IMG/VR virus record: IMGVR_UViG_3300045120_000139
Coordinates: 1-52,949 of that record
Reading direction: 5' to 3' (one strand)
Origin: a virus
Taxonomy: Duplodnaviria; Caudoviricetes
Length of the DNA stretch: 52,949 nt
The notes beneath the pieces are model-generated. The model worked only from the letters and a program-made list of their open reading frames with translations. It was not told where the DNA came from and ran no database searches. Of the stretch, positions 19,201 through 27,793 are shown one piece after another (the first letter of the stretch is position 1; every line of letters starts with the position of its first letter). The translations under genes and the position numbers were made by a program.

Positions 19201-20764
19201 TTTGGACGGAATCATTTTGCTTGACGAATTCTTTCGTCTCTTCCTGCAGAGCCTTGACGTTCGCCTGAGTCTTGGCGATGAGGTTGGCCTTGGCGCGAGC
19301 CAGGTCATCGGCCTGCTTGCCAGACTTAGCGGCAAGGTCGAGCTCGTGCTGATAGGCGTCATTCGCTGCAATGATGTTCTTGATGTAATCGCCATACATC
19401 TTCTGCAGCGGGCCGAGTTTGCCTCCGAGCTGCGCGATGATCTCGGCATCCTTGGCGAATGCCATGTTCAACTGCTCGTGTGCTTTCGCTGCGGCATCTG
19501 CCGCGGCTGCATTCGCAATTAGCGGCGCAGCGGCTTCCTTTGTTGACTTCCCTACGTGATCTGCGCCCTTCGCGGTCTTTTCTAGGCCATCGAACAGCGC
19601 ATCAGAAGCTGCGGTCGCATTCGCAAATGCCTGAGTCCATCCACCGCCTACCGCGTCAGTGATTTTCGCACGCGCTGCGGCAAAACGCTCACCAATGCCA
19701 GCCACGCGCGCTTTAAGCTCGGCGTCGGCTGCATCCATCCCCGCTTTGTCGAGATGGAAGGCTGCAGTCAGACTCTTTCGCGTGCTTTCGGCAAAAGCGT
19801 CGATGAGCTGCCCAGCTGCGCTAAATGTTTCCTTTACAGCGTCATAGAATCCGACGATGGTCTGCACGACCGCACTGATAATCTCCTTGGCTGCGATCAG
19901 CGCCAGGACAAGATATTTCGCACCATTGGCGACAGTCGTGGCGCTGTCGTTGTAGCCATCGGCCGTCTTGCCAGCCTCCACCCATGAATCACTGAGCCTA
20001 TCTAGCGACGGCAGCAATTGAGCTACAACGGCATTCGCGAATCCCTTGGCTTCTATGCCGAGCTTCGACAGATTGTCGTTGAATTGCTCGGCCTGCTTTG
20101 CTGTTTGCGTGGAAATGACCGCGCCGAACTTCTCCGCCTCTTCGCGCGCTCCTGCGAATCCTTGCTTTCCAAGGTCGTTGAGAAAAGGAATCAAATTGGC
20201 GCCGGATTTTCCGAAGAAGGCCTGCGCGTCTGCGGTCTTAGTAATGCTTGCGCCGTAGCTTGCGAATTTCCCAGCAGTATCGCCAAGCAAATCCTGCATC
20301 GAGCGAACATTGCCATTGGCGTCTTTCACAGATACGCCGATTGCCTTGAACGCTGCTGCGGCTTCTTTGTTCCCTCCGGCAGCCTGAGCTGCGATCTTGG
20401 AGAACTTCTCCATACCGCCCTGTAGGTCTTCCATGCTGACGTTAGCCAGCTTCGCAGTCACGCTCAATGAAGACAATGACTCGACGGACAGACCTATTTT
20501 CTGGGATGCCTTTCCAAGCTGGTCCGCCGTCTCAATCGCCTGCTTGCCGAACTCCAGCATCTTGTCGATGGCGAACGCAGCAGCGACCTTCCCGGCGATG
20601 TCCTTGAGGCCGTCGCCAATGCCATCAACTGCGCCCTGGATGCTGCGCTTGATCTGATTCGCGCGCTGGTCAGCCAGCCGCTGTGCCTTGGTGAACGCGT
20701 CTTCGAACTTCGCGTAGTCCAGCACCATGTCATAAGTAAAACTTCCAAGCTGTGCACCGGCCAT
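16253..20764 (-). CDS. Tail tape measure protein
   Basis: 1503 aa, Ala/Gly-rich and helical, after the tail chaperones. Confidence 0.93.
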   Translation of the reverse strand: MAGAQLGSFTYDMVLDYAKFEDAFTKAQRLADQRANQIKRSIQGAVDGIGDGLKDIAGKVAAAFAIDKMLEFGKQAIETADQLGKASQKIGLSVESLSSLSVTAKLANVSMEDLQGGMEKFSKIAAQAAGGNKEAAAAFKAIGVSVKDANGNVRSMQDLLGDTAGKFASYGASITKTADAQAFFGKSGANLIPFLNDLGKQGFAGAREEAEKFGAVISTQTAKQAEQFNDNLSKLGIEAKGFANAVVAQLLPSLDRLSDSWVEAGKTADGYNDSATTVANGAKYLVLALIAAKEIISAVVQTIVGFYDAVKETFSAAGQLIDAFAESTRKSLTAAFHLDKAGMDAADAELKARVAGIGERFAAARAKITDAVGGGWTQAFANATAASDALFDGLEKTAKGADHVGKSTKEAAAPLIANAAAADAAAKAHEQLNMAFAKDAEIIAQLGGKLGPLQKMYGDYIKNIIAANDAYQHELDLAAKSGKQADDLARAKANLIAKTQANVKALQEETKEFVKQNDSVQKYLDKVKDEESLIGLTDRQKEITQAIQEQVKWWDNLTEAQQADYTKLGILNPTLKTTQDRIAGVTAGLYDQKKAFELNTEAAKGWQSIWVTAGNGIADTFAKVLVNGGSLMKGLKDLAKQTVEQIIAYFAKLAIINPILNSIFGSQQGMGAGFQLLPTMANTAFGGGGGTGGAVNALINSGGSQQVLSGGSVGATGSAAGGGFQLFSPSSWLSAGKNLWNGFFGGSTATGFAAGAGGAGAFTGSVAQGYTGAGAFAGSQAGASIGGLNYGGYGSALGQGIGVAGGVFAGVNEFKAAGGGAAGVAGGLAYGVGTYFAGAGVSAALAGGLSAGLAAIPVVGWIAIAAMLIDKFSGGKLFGTAWSTKGSTTSLSIGAGGGDATAFLSQSKQGALFSGTKYRNKTVDPGKDAQDAAQQLFDSVQKIMVAAAHKMQTEVPPVIQAALDIVNTYDKKGKVTSTKYVVDILGKKYEEASQELAATRISAEAIVATVAASEAGKAASAIAEQWRGSADLLMEGANFLVTATADINQGINLLGDGGTLTDIAKIVTDLQQGGEKLVDTYARLGQESAIMRDALALTGVDLGKTGAAFVTFADGVANAAGGVQNLAQMVQTFNQAFFSPAELAAANQASLKKASDSALGKIGENPLESMAQFKADFLAALPTLTPEQLEQWYAAGAALATYTSAVTDSASQIVAAKQKYAQFEMQLYGDDFISSFASIVSAEQQQIDTANQLAKAAGLAGASQEDLARIMAQGSLAVGQALAKLSAGIQQDVAAIYGAPMLGDGPNNINVVANNKAALQAQAAATQAGQASAAYDLIQKIGDFAFASGKSTAEVLKQFGLTPDQLAKTLGTTADQVTKQIDAATKQAAALTTMSAQGDEQTGLLQDILATLQGKTLPYDISQLGAIPSVPLASAGKLGGPNSVAGPGSSRELAQAVGDGTKTGQSDLVKELRELNSYLRGGIGRSTVNRNTAGGRQIFVGVN

Positions 20765-21250
20765 TTATTTAGCTCCAGCCTGTTTTGCTGCGCGATCGAT
20801 TCCAGCCTTCAGCTTGTCGCCCACGATCTTGATAAGCTGCGGCTGCACGACTTGAATGGCGGGGCGGAAGAACGGACGTGCGGCCATCTTTGATGTGCCG
20901 TACTCCAAGAACTTCCAATAGAATGGGTTGTCTGCGAAGGTCAACTCGACGCCAGCCTTTGCGGCACGGCGGAGCAAGCGCTTGACCTTGCGAGCTATCT
21001 TGATCTTGCGAACGAGCACAGAGTAATGGACGGTTGCGCCGATTCTCTGCGGCTGTCGATCGCGATAGGTGATGATGTTGTTGCGCAGGTTTCCCGTGCG
21101 CATAGGTGCATGCGCTACGACTTCTGATTGCAACGCCTTTGCTCCGGCGAACACAGCGCCATTGAGCACCGTCTTTTTGATCTTGTCGGATAGCTGATTG
21201 AGCTGGCGCTTCATCTCTTCGATGCCAGTCAATTTAACGGTCGAGGCCAA
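20765..21250 (-). CDS. HK97 gp10-family neck/tail completion protein
   Basis: APMRTGNLR, FYWKFLEYGTSKMAARPFFRPA. Confidence 0.9.
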   Translation of the reverse strand: MASTVKLTGIEEMKRQLNQLSDKIKKTVLNGAVFAGAKALQSEVVAHAPMRTGNLRNNIITYRDRQPQRIGATVHYSVLVRKIKIARKVKRLLRRAAKAGVELTFADNPFYWKFLEYGTSKMAARPFFRPAIQVVQPQLIKIVGDKLKAGIDRAAKQAGAK

Positions 21251-21299
21251 GGCTATGCTCCGAAAAGAAAGGCCGCTGGAGCAAGCGGCCTTGAGGTAA

Positions 21300-21608
21300 C
21301 TACCATTCACCAAGAAGCAAGTCGTCGATGTGACCTTCTTCCTCGCCTTGATCCTTGAACAGCATGCAATCCTGCATCGATAGCTTTCGCCCTGACTTAG
21401 GATCGGCGTTGATGTTGATCAGGGATGAATGCAGGTAGGCGACCGGCATCTGGAAGTTGCTGCGGTCGTCAATCGGGCTGATGGTTGCGAAATAAAGGAA
21501 CTCGGAAGCGTCGCGATGCGTCAGCTTGCGCTTCGCCTCACGCGGGGTGAGCCCGGTTCTGACGAACAAGGCCCACCAGACGAACTCCGAGCCCTCTACG
21601 CGTTTTTT
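21300..21608 (-). CDS. Tail assembly chaperone frameshift extension (gpT-like)
   Basis: In the -1 frame relative to the upstream chaperone, open from the slippery site. Confidence 0.8.
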   Translation of the reverse strand, partial: KKRVEGSEFVWWALFVRTGLTPREAKRKLTHRDASEFLYFATISPIDDRSNFQMPVAYLHSSLININADPKSGRKLSMQDCMLFKDQGEEEGHIDDLLLGEW

Positions 21609-21928
21609 GCTTCAGCCTGCGACTCGGCATCCATGCCGTTGATGTGCAGCGCTTCCTTCTCCAGACGCTTTCCGATGGAAGCCGGGAATGCCTTGGCCTG
21701 GTCGAAGGTGATCGGCTCGCCGTTCTCGCTGCATGTCGCTGCGATGATGTTGGGTCCGAAAGCCTCCATCGCCTGCCGCTTCTTCTCGGCGTCTTGATGG
21801 TTCAGGGCCGCTGAGATGTTCTGCAGCAATCCATAATTGGACTCGCGCACGAGGAAGGTTCGCTTCTTTCCCTTGCGCTCGATTACCACTTCGCTGGTCA
21901 GATATTCGTCGTTCTGTTCTGTGCTCAT
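21596..21928 (-). CDS. Tail assembly chaperone (gpG-like)
   Basis: Follows the tail tube gene; slippery site before the stop. Confidence 0.8.
   Translation of the reverse strand: MSTEQNDEYLTSEVVIERKGKKRTFLVRESNYGLLQNISAALNHQDAEKKRQAMEAFGPNIIAATCSENGEPITFDQAKAFPASIGKRLEKEALHINGMDAESQAEAKNA
21602..21608 (-). other. -1 programmed frameshift heptamer A AAA AAC
   Basis: GCA AAA AAC GCG TAG at the chaperone end; the -1 frame reads KRVEGSEFVWWALFVRTG... Confidence 0.8.
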
Positions 21929-22029
21929 GTTCGTTTCCTGCCGTTAGATAGACGCAATCGGCGTGACGCACGCGCCACGGCAAGGGAGCGCGCTTTATGC
22001 GCGCCACGCCGACCGCAAGAGGAATGCCG

Positions 22030-22503
22030 TTAAGCCTTGAAGTGAAAGGTGCGGGCACCGGTACGCTGGATGGAAGCGGACGACTTCACATTGGCATTGA
22101 CCGCCAGATCGAGTGGGACGTCGGCGACGTAACCCAGGAAGCTGATATACGTGCGCGTGGTCGGGTAAGTCACAACGCCGGTTCCTGCGTTCACGGTAGG
22201 GAGCGCCGTGCCGTCCGAGAGCGCGACGATCCAGGTGTTCGTCGTATCGTTCTCGTCCATATGGATGAGATCCTGATGTGAGACCTTCGACGGATCGAAA
22301 TCCAGATCGATTGTCAGCGCGCCAGGATTCGGCATGCCAGGGCCGAATTCCATTTCCAAGCTGTCCAAGCAGGTCTCGTCGATCTGAGGCTTTGCGCCAC
22401 CCAGACCTTGTACACCCTTCGGACAGCCGAGCTTGACCAACGAATAACCGTTGGAGTTGTTGAAAACAAAAAACACCTCTGTACCTTTTGTGCGAACTGC
22501 CAC
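22030..22503 (-). CDS. Major tail tube protein
   Basis: TKGTE, QIDETCLDS, PGMPNPG, FDP, WIVALSDGT, FLGYV. Confidence 0.9.
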   Translation of the reverse strand: MAVRTKGTEVFFVFNNSNGYSLVKLGCPKGVQGLGGAKPQIDETCLDSLEMEFGPGMPNPGALTIDLDFDPSKVSHQDLIHMDENDTTNTWIVALSDGTALPTVNAGTGVVTYPTTRTYISFLGYVADVPLDLAVNANVKSSASIQRTGARTFHFKA

Positions 22504-22718
22504 GACTGTTCTCCTTCATCGATGAAGGCGCCGGTTGACGCCAGGAACGGTTGCTTGCCCAACCGGTTTGCGACGGAGCGCTCCGTCGTATTCGAATGTT
22601 CTATGCGGTCCTATCGCGCCGCGGGTCGCCGGATTCACCGCGCTACCGTATTGCGAAGCTACCGGAGGCTGACTAGACGCCAGCCCAGTACACGACACAC
22701 ACTTGATCGCGCGTCGAA

Positions 22719-23099
22719 CTAATTTTCACGGGCTATGAAGAACTCCGCGTCCAGGCTCCAGCGGAATAACTTCGTGTCAGGCTCGAACAATGGTTCCGGG
22801 CCGCGCACTACATGCGTCACACCTTCCATTGCCGCCAAGGCGCGTTCGGACAGAATCCGCGCGCTTGTCTGGAATGCCGAATAGCAGTCGATCTGCACGA
22901 GTTGATCATCATCGTCAGGTGGGTCAGATAGGTTGTTATTCGGGATGCTGCTGATGATGCTCCACACGATGTAGCTGAGCTGATTTCCGCTGGCGTCCTT
23001 GGTCTTGCTCTCATCCAGCACGATCTGCTGGAAGATACGCTCGCCAACCAACTCCGTTACGCCGCCCCAGTTCTCCAAGGTCTGCTGTACCGGAGGCAT
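22719..23099 (-). CDS. Tail terminator (DUF3168-like)
   Basis: LVGERIF, YIVW, VQIDCY, FEPDTKLFR. Confidence 0.85.
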   Translation of the reverse strand: MPPVQQTLENWGGVTELVGERIFQQIVLDESKTKDASGNQLSYIVWSIISSIPNNNLSDPPDDDDQLVQIDCYSAFQTSARILSERALAAMEGVTHVVRGPEPLFEPDTKLFRWSLDAEFFIAREN

Positions 23100-23100
23100 T

Positions 23101-23610
23101 TCAGTTCACCTCGAAGCAGCGCAGCGCGCTATTCGGCGTGCGGTTGATGATTCTGAAACCTGCCTTTTTCATCTCACCGCCGAGTGCCGCAAGCTGCACG
23201 GCGAAGAAGTTGAAGCGTTCCTGCGTAGTGTTGCGCAACGGCTCGGGATGCAGTCCGAAGTAGTGCGTGCCGTGATTATCGAAGCCGTGCAATTCGATCT
23301 CCTTGATTCCGGTTTCGCAGCCCATGCGACGCGCGACTTCCAATCCGAGGACACCAGAGCTTGAGCCACGCTGCACGTAGTCGCTGAACACCTGTTCGAC
23401 GCCGACGATCTTGTTACAGCTGAACTTGCGGCCAGCGAACTCGCGCGCCGATGGATGCTCGCGCCACCAAGAATGGTCCTGCGCACACAATGCAGCGGCC
23501 CACGGCGCCAGCTGGTATGCGTTGTTGATCGCGATGCAGCGTTCAGCACGCAGGCTATCTGCAATCGACTGGGACATACTCGGTCCCGTCGCAAGTAAGC
23601 AAATCTTCAT
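23101..23610 (-). CDS. Putative glycosyltransferase, sialyltransferase/Maf (DUF115)-like fold
   Basis: LLATGPSM, IAINNAY, SSGVLG, IELHGFD, HYFG. Confidence 0.65.
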   Translation of the reverse strand: MKICLLATGPSMSQSIADSLRAERCIAINNAYQLAPWAAALCAQDHSWWREHPSAREFAGRKFSCNKIVGVEQVFSDYVQRGSSSGVLGLEVARRMGCETGIKEIELHGFDNHGTHYFGLHPEPLRNTTQERFNFFAVQLAALGGEMKKAGFRIINRTPNSALRCFEVN

Positions 23611-23764
23611 CGGGTATTTCCATGCGCAACAGCTGCTCGCCATTGTCGCGGTTTTCGATAACGGTCTGGACGCTCCATTGGTGACCGTCGCCGAGCCACA
23701 TCTTGTCGCCAACCACCTTCAGCACGCCGTCAGGCGGCAAGTAGACCATCTGCGAGGTAGCCAT
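23555..23764 (-). CDS. Small hypothetical protein
   Basis: Start overlaps the stop of the upstream GT (TAATG). Confidence 0.4.
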   Translation of the reverse strand: MATSQMVYLPPDGVLKVVGDKMWLGDGHQWSVQTVIENRDNGEQLLRMEIPDEDLLTCDGTEYVPVDCR

Positions 23765-24414
23765 TAGCCGACGTGTTCCATTTCGCGGCGCGCAAAGTGC
23801 CACAAGTCAGCCGCTGGCGCGCTGGTGTAGTAGTCAAACGCGGGCATTCCGGCAGTCCAGTGAAGCACCTTTCCGCCTTCGTGCTCCTGGCCCTCATCCA
23901 CCAGCCGATTCCATTCGGCAGGCAGTGCGCCGATCTCGCTGTCCTTCAAGAAGCGCAGCCCTAGCAGGTCAGCCGGCAGCAGTTCATTGATATCGATGCG
24001 CCACGCCGGATGCGCGCAGTTGAAGATGGCGACGGACATCCAGTTCTTGCGCTCATAGTTCAGGTTCGGGCATTCCATAGATGTGCAGCGGTACTTCGTG
24101 CGGTGCTGTGTCTTATAAGGCGGATGCTTGACAACCTGAACCGCGAACTGCGGATCGAACAGCGCATCGAGCTCGGCAATGTCGCCTAGGCACAGCATGT
24201 CGCAGGCGTCGGCGAAGATGGCGTGGCCCTGATAACCCATCAGCTTTGGCACTAGGAAGCGCGAGAGCGTGAACGCGTTCGACCCCTCGCCCATTCCCAT
24301 CGATGCAAGCGGCGTGATGCTCACCGGCACAGTGGCACGGCGCAGGACGCTATCGGCGAAGACATGGAACCCGAGGCTTTCCCTGATGTCGTGCCCCGCA
24401 AAAAGATTTATCAT
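23764..24414 (-). CDS. GT-A fold glycosyltransferase (GT8-like)
   Basis: FAGHDIRE, FTLSRFLVP, FAD/CDML, RKNW, EWNRLV, VLHWTAGMP. Confidence 0.85.
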   Translation of the reverse strand: MINLFAGHDIRESLGFHVFADSVLRRATVPVSITPLASMGMGEGSNAFTLSRFLVPKLMGYQGHAIFADACDMLCLGDIAELDALFDPQFAVQVVKHPPYKTQHRTKYRCTSMECPNLNYERKNWMSVAIFNCAHPAWRIDINELLPADLLGLRFLKDSEIGALPAEWNRLVDEGQEHEGGKVLHWTAGMPAFDYYTSAPAADLWHFARREMEHVG

Positions 24415-24479
24415 AGCGAGGCCCCCAGCGACTGCGAATCGACTGAGGGCCTCTGACCAATCAGCACTGGAGATGCTTC

Positions 24480-24980
24480 ATGGCTACCACAGATTCTACC
24501 GCGCTCGTCGCTAGGCTTCGCGAACTTCTCACCTACGATCCATCCACCGGCATTCTCAGATGGCGTGTTGGCAAGTCCAACGTCAAGGCTGGAAGCGTGG
24601 CCGGCGGCCTGAATGATCAAGGCTACATTTTGCTCAGAGTCGATCGCGTTGCCATGCGCGCGCACAGAGTAGCGTGGGCAATCATGACTGGCTCCATTCC
24701 AACCCTTGAGATTGATCATAAGAACAGAATTCGATCAGATAACCGATGGGAAAATTTGCGCGAAGTAACGCACGCCCAAAACTTCGAAAATCTCAGCATG
24801 CGAAAGGACTGCCGGCATGGATTTAGAGGTATCGAATTGCACAGCAGCGGCCTCTGGAAAGCCCAGCTCACGATAAACAAAAAACGCATTCGTCTTGGCT
24901 ACTTCAAAACGCCAGAAGAAGCATTTCAAGCAAGACTAGCCGGCGAGGCTAAATATTTTAAGAATCAGCGGGTCGCCTAG
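24480..24980 (+). CDS. HNH homing endonuclease with AP2-like C-terminal domain
   Basis: LRELLTYDPSTG, AHRVAW, IDHKNRIRSDNRWENLR, LGYFKTPEEA; antisense to the late operon. Confidence 0.92.
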   Translation: MATTDSTALVARLRELLTYDPSTGILRWRVGKSNVKAGSVAGGLNDQGYILLRVDRVAMRAHRVAWAIMTGSIPTLEIDHKNRIRSDNRWENLREVTHAQNFENLSMRKDCRHGFRGIELHSSGLWKAQLTINKKRIRLGYFKTPEEAFQARLAGEAKYFKNQRVA

Positions 24981-25470
24981 CCTCGAGTCTAAAGTCTCTG
25001 TGCTCCCTGCCGCACGGATGAAAGACGGTTTGCGCTTCGATGATCGACACGAAACCTGCGGCCTCGACTATTGGCCGCAACGTCATGAACGAGTAGGCGT
25101 AGCGGTGCAGCATGTGCTCGTCTTCCGTTCTCGTATCGCCGTACAAGGCCCACAGTCCAAGCTGGTCCGGATGCTTGCCGCCCTTCTTCTTTCCTTCCAC
25201 GATGTTCAGGCATGCCTTGTACAAGTCGGGCATCTCCAAGATCAGACGTGCGCCCTTCTTGAGCAACCTGCGCCATTCCCTGAGTGCGAACGGAAGTCGC
25301 CACGGCAAGATGTGCTCGCAGAGATGAACCGCTAGCACTTCCTCTGCGCATTCGTCGGGTAGTGGTATGGCGTCAGCCGGCGCAACGATATCCGCTGCAT
25401 CGCGCTTCACCGCATCCACGCCGGTATATCCAGGCAGCTTTCGCGTGCCGCAGCCCACGTTCAATCTCAT
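24958..25470 (-). CDS. Class I SAM-dependent methyltransferase
   Basis: RLNVGCG motif I, HLCEH, LKKGARL. Confidence 0.88.
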   Translation of the reverse strand: MRLNVGCGTRKLPGYTGVDAVKRDAADIVAPADAIPLPDECAEEVLAVHLCEHILPWRLPFALREWRRLLKKGARLILEMPDLYKACLNIVEGKKKGGKHPDQLGLWALYGDTRTEDEHMLHRYAYSFMTLRPIVEAAGFVSIIEAQTVFHPCGREHRDFRLEARRPADS

Positions 25471-25474
25471 GCCG

Positions 25475-26212
25475 TTATTCTCCAGTCAGTTCGCGTAGGA
25501 ACGCCCAAGCGTCTAGCGCTTCTTCGTGATTCCACTGGAGCCATGCGAGTTGACGCAGGAAGGCCACGCGGTCGCCGCGATAGGCCATTGCGGCTCCGTC
25601 TGAGCATTCGAATGGAACGCCAGCAATGATCGCGTCGATCGCCACGTTGCTGTGATGAGTCACAACCAGCGAAGCGCCGTCTAGTACCTTGTCGATCCTC
25701 GGCGCGTCCGCATGCCGCAACGGCTTCTCTCGTACGACTATGGGCCGCGAAGGGAATCGATATCTCAATGCAGCCAGCGCCAGCTTGTCCCATTTGCCGT
25801 GCAGCGTCTTCGACTTGTGGCCCATCCCGGCGAACACAACCGGTCCGCTAGCGTTTGCCACGGAGCGAAGGCGGATTCCAGAGTTTTCGAATCGCTCGGC
25901 TGGCCAAGTCTTCTTCCAGACCCATTCCTGCGGATGCATCGCATCTATTGAGACCCGCATCATCCGCTGGCGATCCCAGTATCCGAGATCCCATGCAATC
26001 GTCCTGCGTCCTGAGCGGATGTGCGACTCGAAGGCGCGAATGCGATCTTTCCCGCCCGCGCCGTAGAGCATCAGCCAGTCAGACTTGCCTGAATATCTGG
26101 ACACCAATGTCGCATCAACGCGCGCTTTGGCAGCGCATTCAATCAACGCGCCGAGCATTGTCTTGCCGCGCATCGCGGTATCGTTCGTAATCAACACCTC
26201 GCAACTCAACAC
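25475..26212 (-). CDS. GT-B glycosyltransferase, KpsS/KpsC (capsule synthesis)-like
   Basis: DLGY, VVREKP, LVVTHHSNVAIDAIIAGVP, LAWLQW. Confidence 0.7.
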   Translation of the reverse strand: MLSCEVLITNDTAMRGKTMLGALIECAAKARVDATLVSRYSGKSDWLMLYGAGGKDRIRAFESHIRSGRRTIAWDLGYWDRQRMMRVSIDAMHPQEWVWKKTWPAERFENSGIRLRSVANASGPVVFAGMGHKSKTLHGKWDKLALAALRYRFPSRPIVVREKPLRHADAPRIDKVLDGASLVVTHHSNVAIDAIIAGVPFECSDGAAMAYRGDRVAFLRQLAWLQWNHEEALDAWAFLRELTGE

Positions 26213-27051
26213 GCGAATTGCGCCTTCAGGAAGGTGTGCAAATCAGCCGCTGCATGCTCGACTGTGTAGGCGGCCCGCACAAAGCGATCGCAAATCAGTT
26301 CGCGCGCCGATTGGTCAGCAAGCCAGTTCAGCGCGACCCGCAATTCCTGCGGATCGTCGGCCCAGTATTCGCAGCCCGTGGCGATCTCTAGATAGCCAGC
26401 TTCGCGCGCTCCGATGAATGGCGTCCCAGAAGCGTGTGCGTTCTCGCACTTCACGCCACTCTTCCAGTTGCGCGCCGTATAGCCCTTCGGATTGCGAACC
26501 GCAAGAACTACATCGCAGTCCGCTAAACGAACAGGATTCACGACAAACTTCGCGCCGATGCGCTCACATTCCTCGCGAATCCATTCCTGACAGCCGTCAA
26601 GGTATACGGCCGAGCCTTCATAGCCAACTACCTGCACCCGCTCGCGTATCGGATTGCGCGCTATGCCAGGCCGATGATGATGCCGTAGCCAGAGAACCGG
26701 AAGGCCGAACTGCTTCAGGTCTTCCGCCATCCGCGCCGTGGCTGCGATCACAGCATCTGGCCTGATGCGGTCAAGTTCCTCGCTGAGCCAGCGCATGGCC
26801 GAATCCTCGGCCCAGTAGTTTCCGTTAAGCATGCCTTGTTGCTGCGGCCAAGCGTCCAGAACGTCATAGACGATCTTACGCCCGCGCATCGCGCGAAGCG
26901 TCCTGTCCTCGACGCGTTTCACGATCACCACGACATCCGCGTCGGAATGTGTTGCGTTCGGGATTGCTTCGGAGCCAAGTGCTTGTGAAATCTGCTCCCC
27001 GCGCACACGCCAAGATCCGGACGTGCCGCGCCCGGTGAAAAGGATTTTCAT
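26206..27051 (-). CDS. GT-B glycosyltransferase-like protein
   Basis: GSWRVRGEQ, IVYDVLD, VGYEG, KSGVKCENAHASGTPFI. Confidence 0.7.
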   Translation of the reverse strand: MKILFTGRGTSGSWRVRGEQISQALGSEAIPNATHSDADVVVIVKRVEDRTLRAMRGRKIVYDVLDAWPQQQGMLNGNYWAEDSAMRWLSEELDRIRPDAVIAATARMAEDLKQFGLPVLWLRHHHRPGIARNPIRERVQVVGYEGSAVYLDGCQEWIREECERIGAKFVVNPVRLADCDVVLAVRNPKGYTARNWKSGVKCENAHASGTPFIGAREAGYLEIATGCEYWADDPQELRVALNWLADQSARELICDRFVRAAYTVEHAAADLHTFLKAQFAC

Positions 27052-27054
27052 CGG

Positions 27055-27588
27055 TCAGATGGATTCGATATGAAACGGACCGCGAACACCGCCACTGTGC
27101 GCTTCTGCAGCTGCAAGGGCTGCCTTGATGCGCTCCCGCGCCGGCATATCGCTCAGTGCATGCAAGGCGCCATGCGCAATGTCCATACCGCAGCCGCAGG
27201 CCGCATATTTCGCGGCGTTCTCTCCGACTTGGTAGTCCTCGCAAATGTTGAACAGCCTGCCGGCGTACCCTATCAAAAATTCGCCCGCCGACTCCTTTTC
27301 ATTTTCCTTCTTCGCGTAGCCAGCAGACTTCAGGCATGCGCGCAAGGCATCGATGAAATCAGTGACCATGAAATGCATTACGTCCTTTTCAACTGGACGC
27401 TTCGGCGGAGTGAATCCATACGCCAGAATCTGACCCATTCGAAATGAGGTCGTGAAACCGATCAAGAATTCGCCGTTCTTGAATACCTTCCTGTCCGTGC
27501 GAACCTGCAAAGTCCATCCTGCAAGACCAGCGCTATCGCCACCGATCCAAACCTTACCTTTATCTGCAACGCCAACAATTGCCGTCAT
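27055..27588 (-). CDS. HslV/proteasome-like Ntn peptidase
   Basis: MTAIVG (Thr nucleophile), GGDS, KVF, ACGCG, GVRGPF. Confidence 0.8.
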   Translation of the reverse strand: MTAIVGVADKGKVWIGGDSAGLAGWTLQVRTDRKVFKNGEFLIGFTTSFRMGQILAYGFTPPKRPVEKDVMHFMVTDFIDALRACLKSAGYAKKENEKESAGEFLIGYAGRLFNICEDYQVGENAAKYAACGCGMDIAHGALHALSDMPARERIKAALAAAEAHSGGVRGPFHIESI

Positions 27589-27636
27589 GTTGCTCACCTT
27601 GCCGTGAGTAAGCGGGCGAATGCGTCGCCCGACCAT

Positions 27637-27667
27637 AAAAATAAAAAGGCCACCCGGAGATGGCCTT
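27637..27667 (-). terminator. Intrinsic terminator
   Basis: AAGGCCA-TCTCCGGG-TGGCCTT followed by TTTATTTTT. Confidence 0.8.
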
Positions 27668-27788
27668 GCGCTCTCCCCGCGTTGACGGGGAACCGATTAT
27701 CTCTAGATGCCCTGCCGTGCGATCAGGGGCGTTTTCCTCGGTCTATACACACGTACGCTAACAACAAGATGTTCGCGGCGGAGCGCAA
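27637..27788 (-). ncRNA. Candidate structured ncRNA or attenuator leader
   Basis: Closing stem TTGCGCTC..CCGCG / CGCGG..GAGCGCAA, with internal stems, between a promoter and a terminator. Confidence 0.5.
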
Positions 27789-27793
27789 TTACA

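Noticed and set aside
27666-27788. Hammerhead ribozyme or c-di-GMP riboswitch identity for the structured RNA
   Set aside because: It has CTGATCG rather than CUGANGA and lacks the required stem arrangement; no GEMM consensus seen. Left unassigned.
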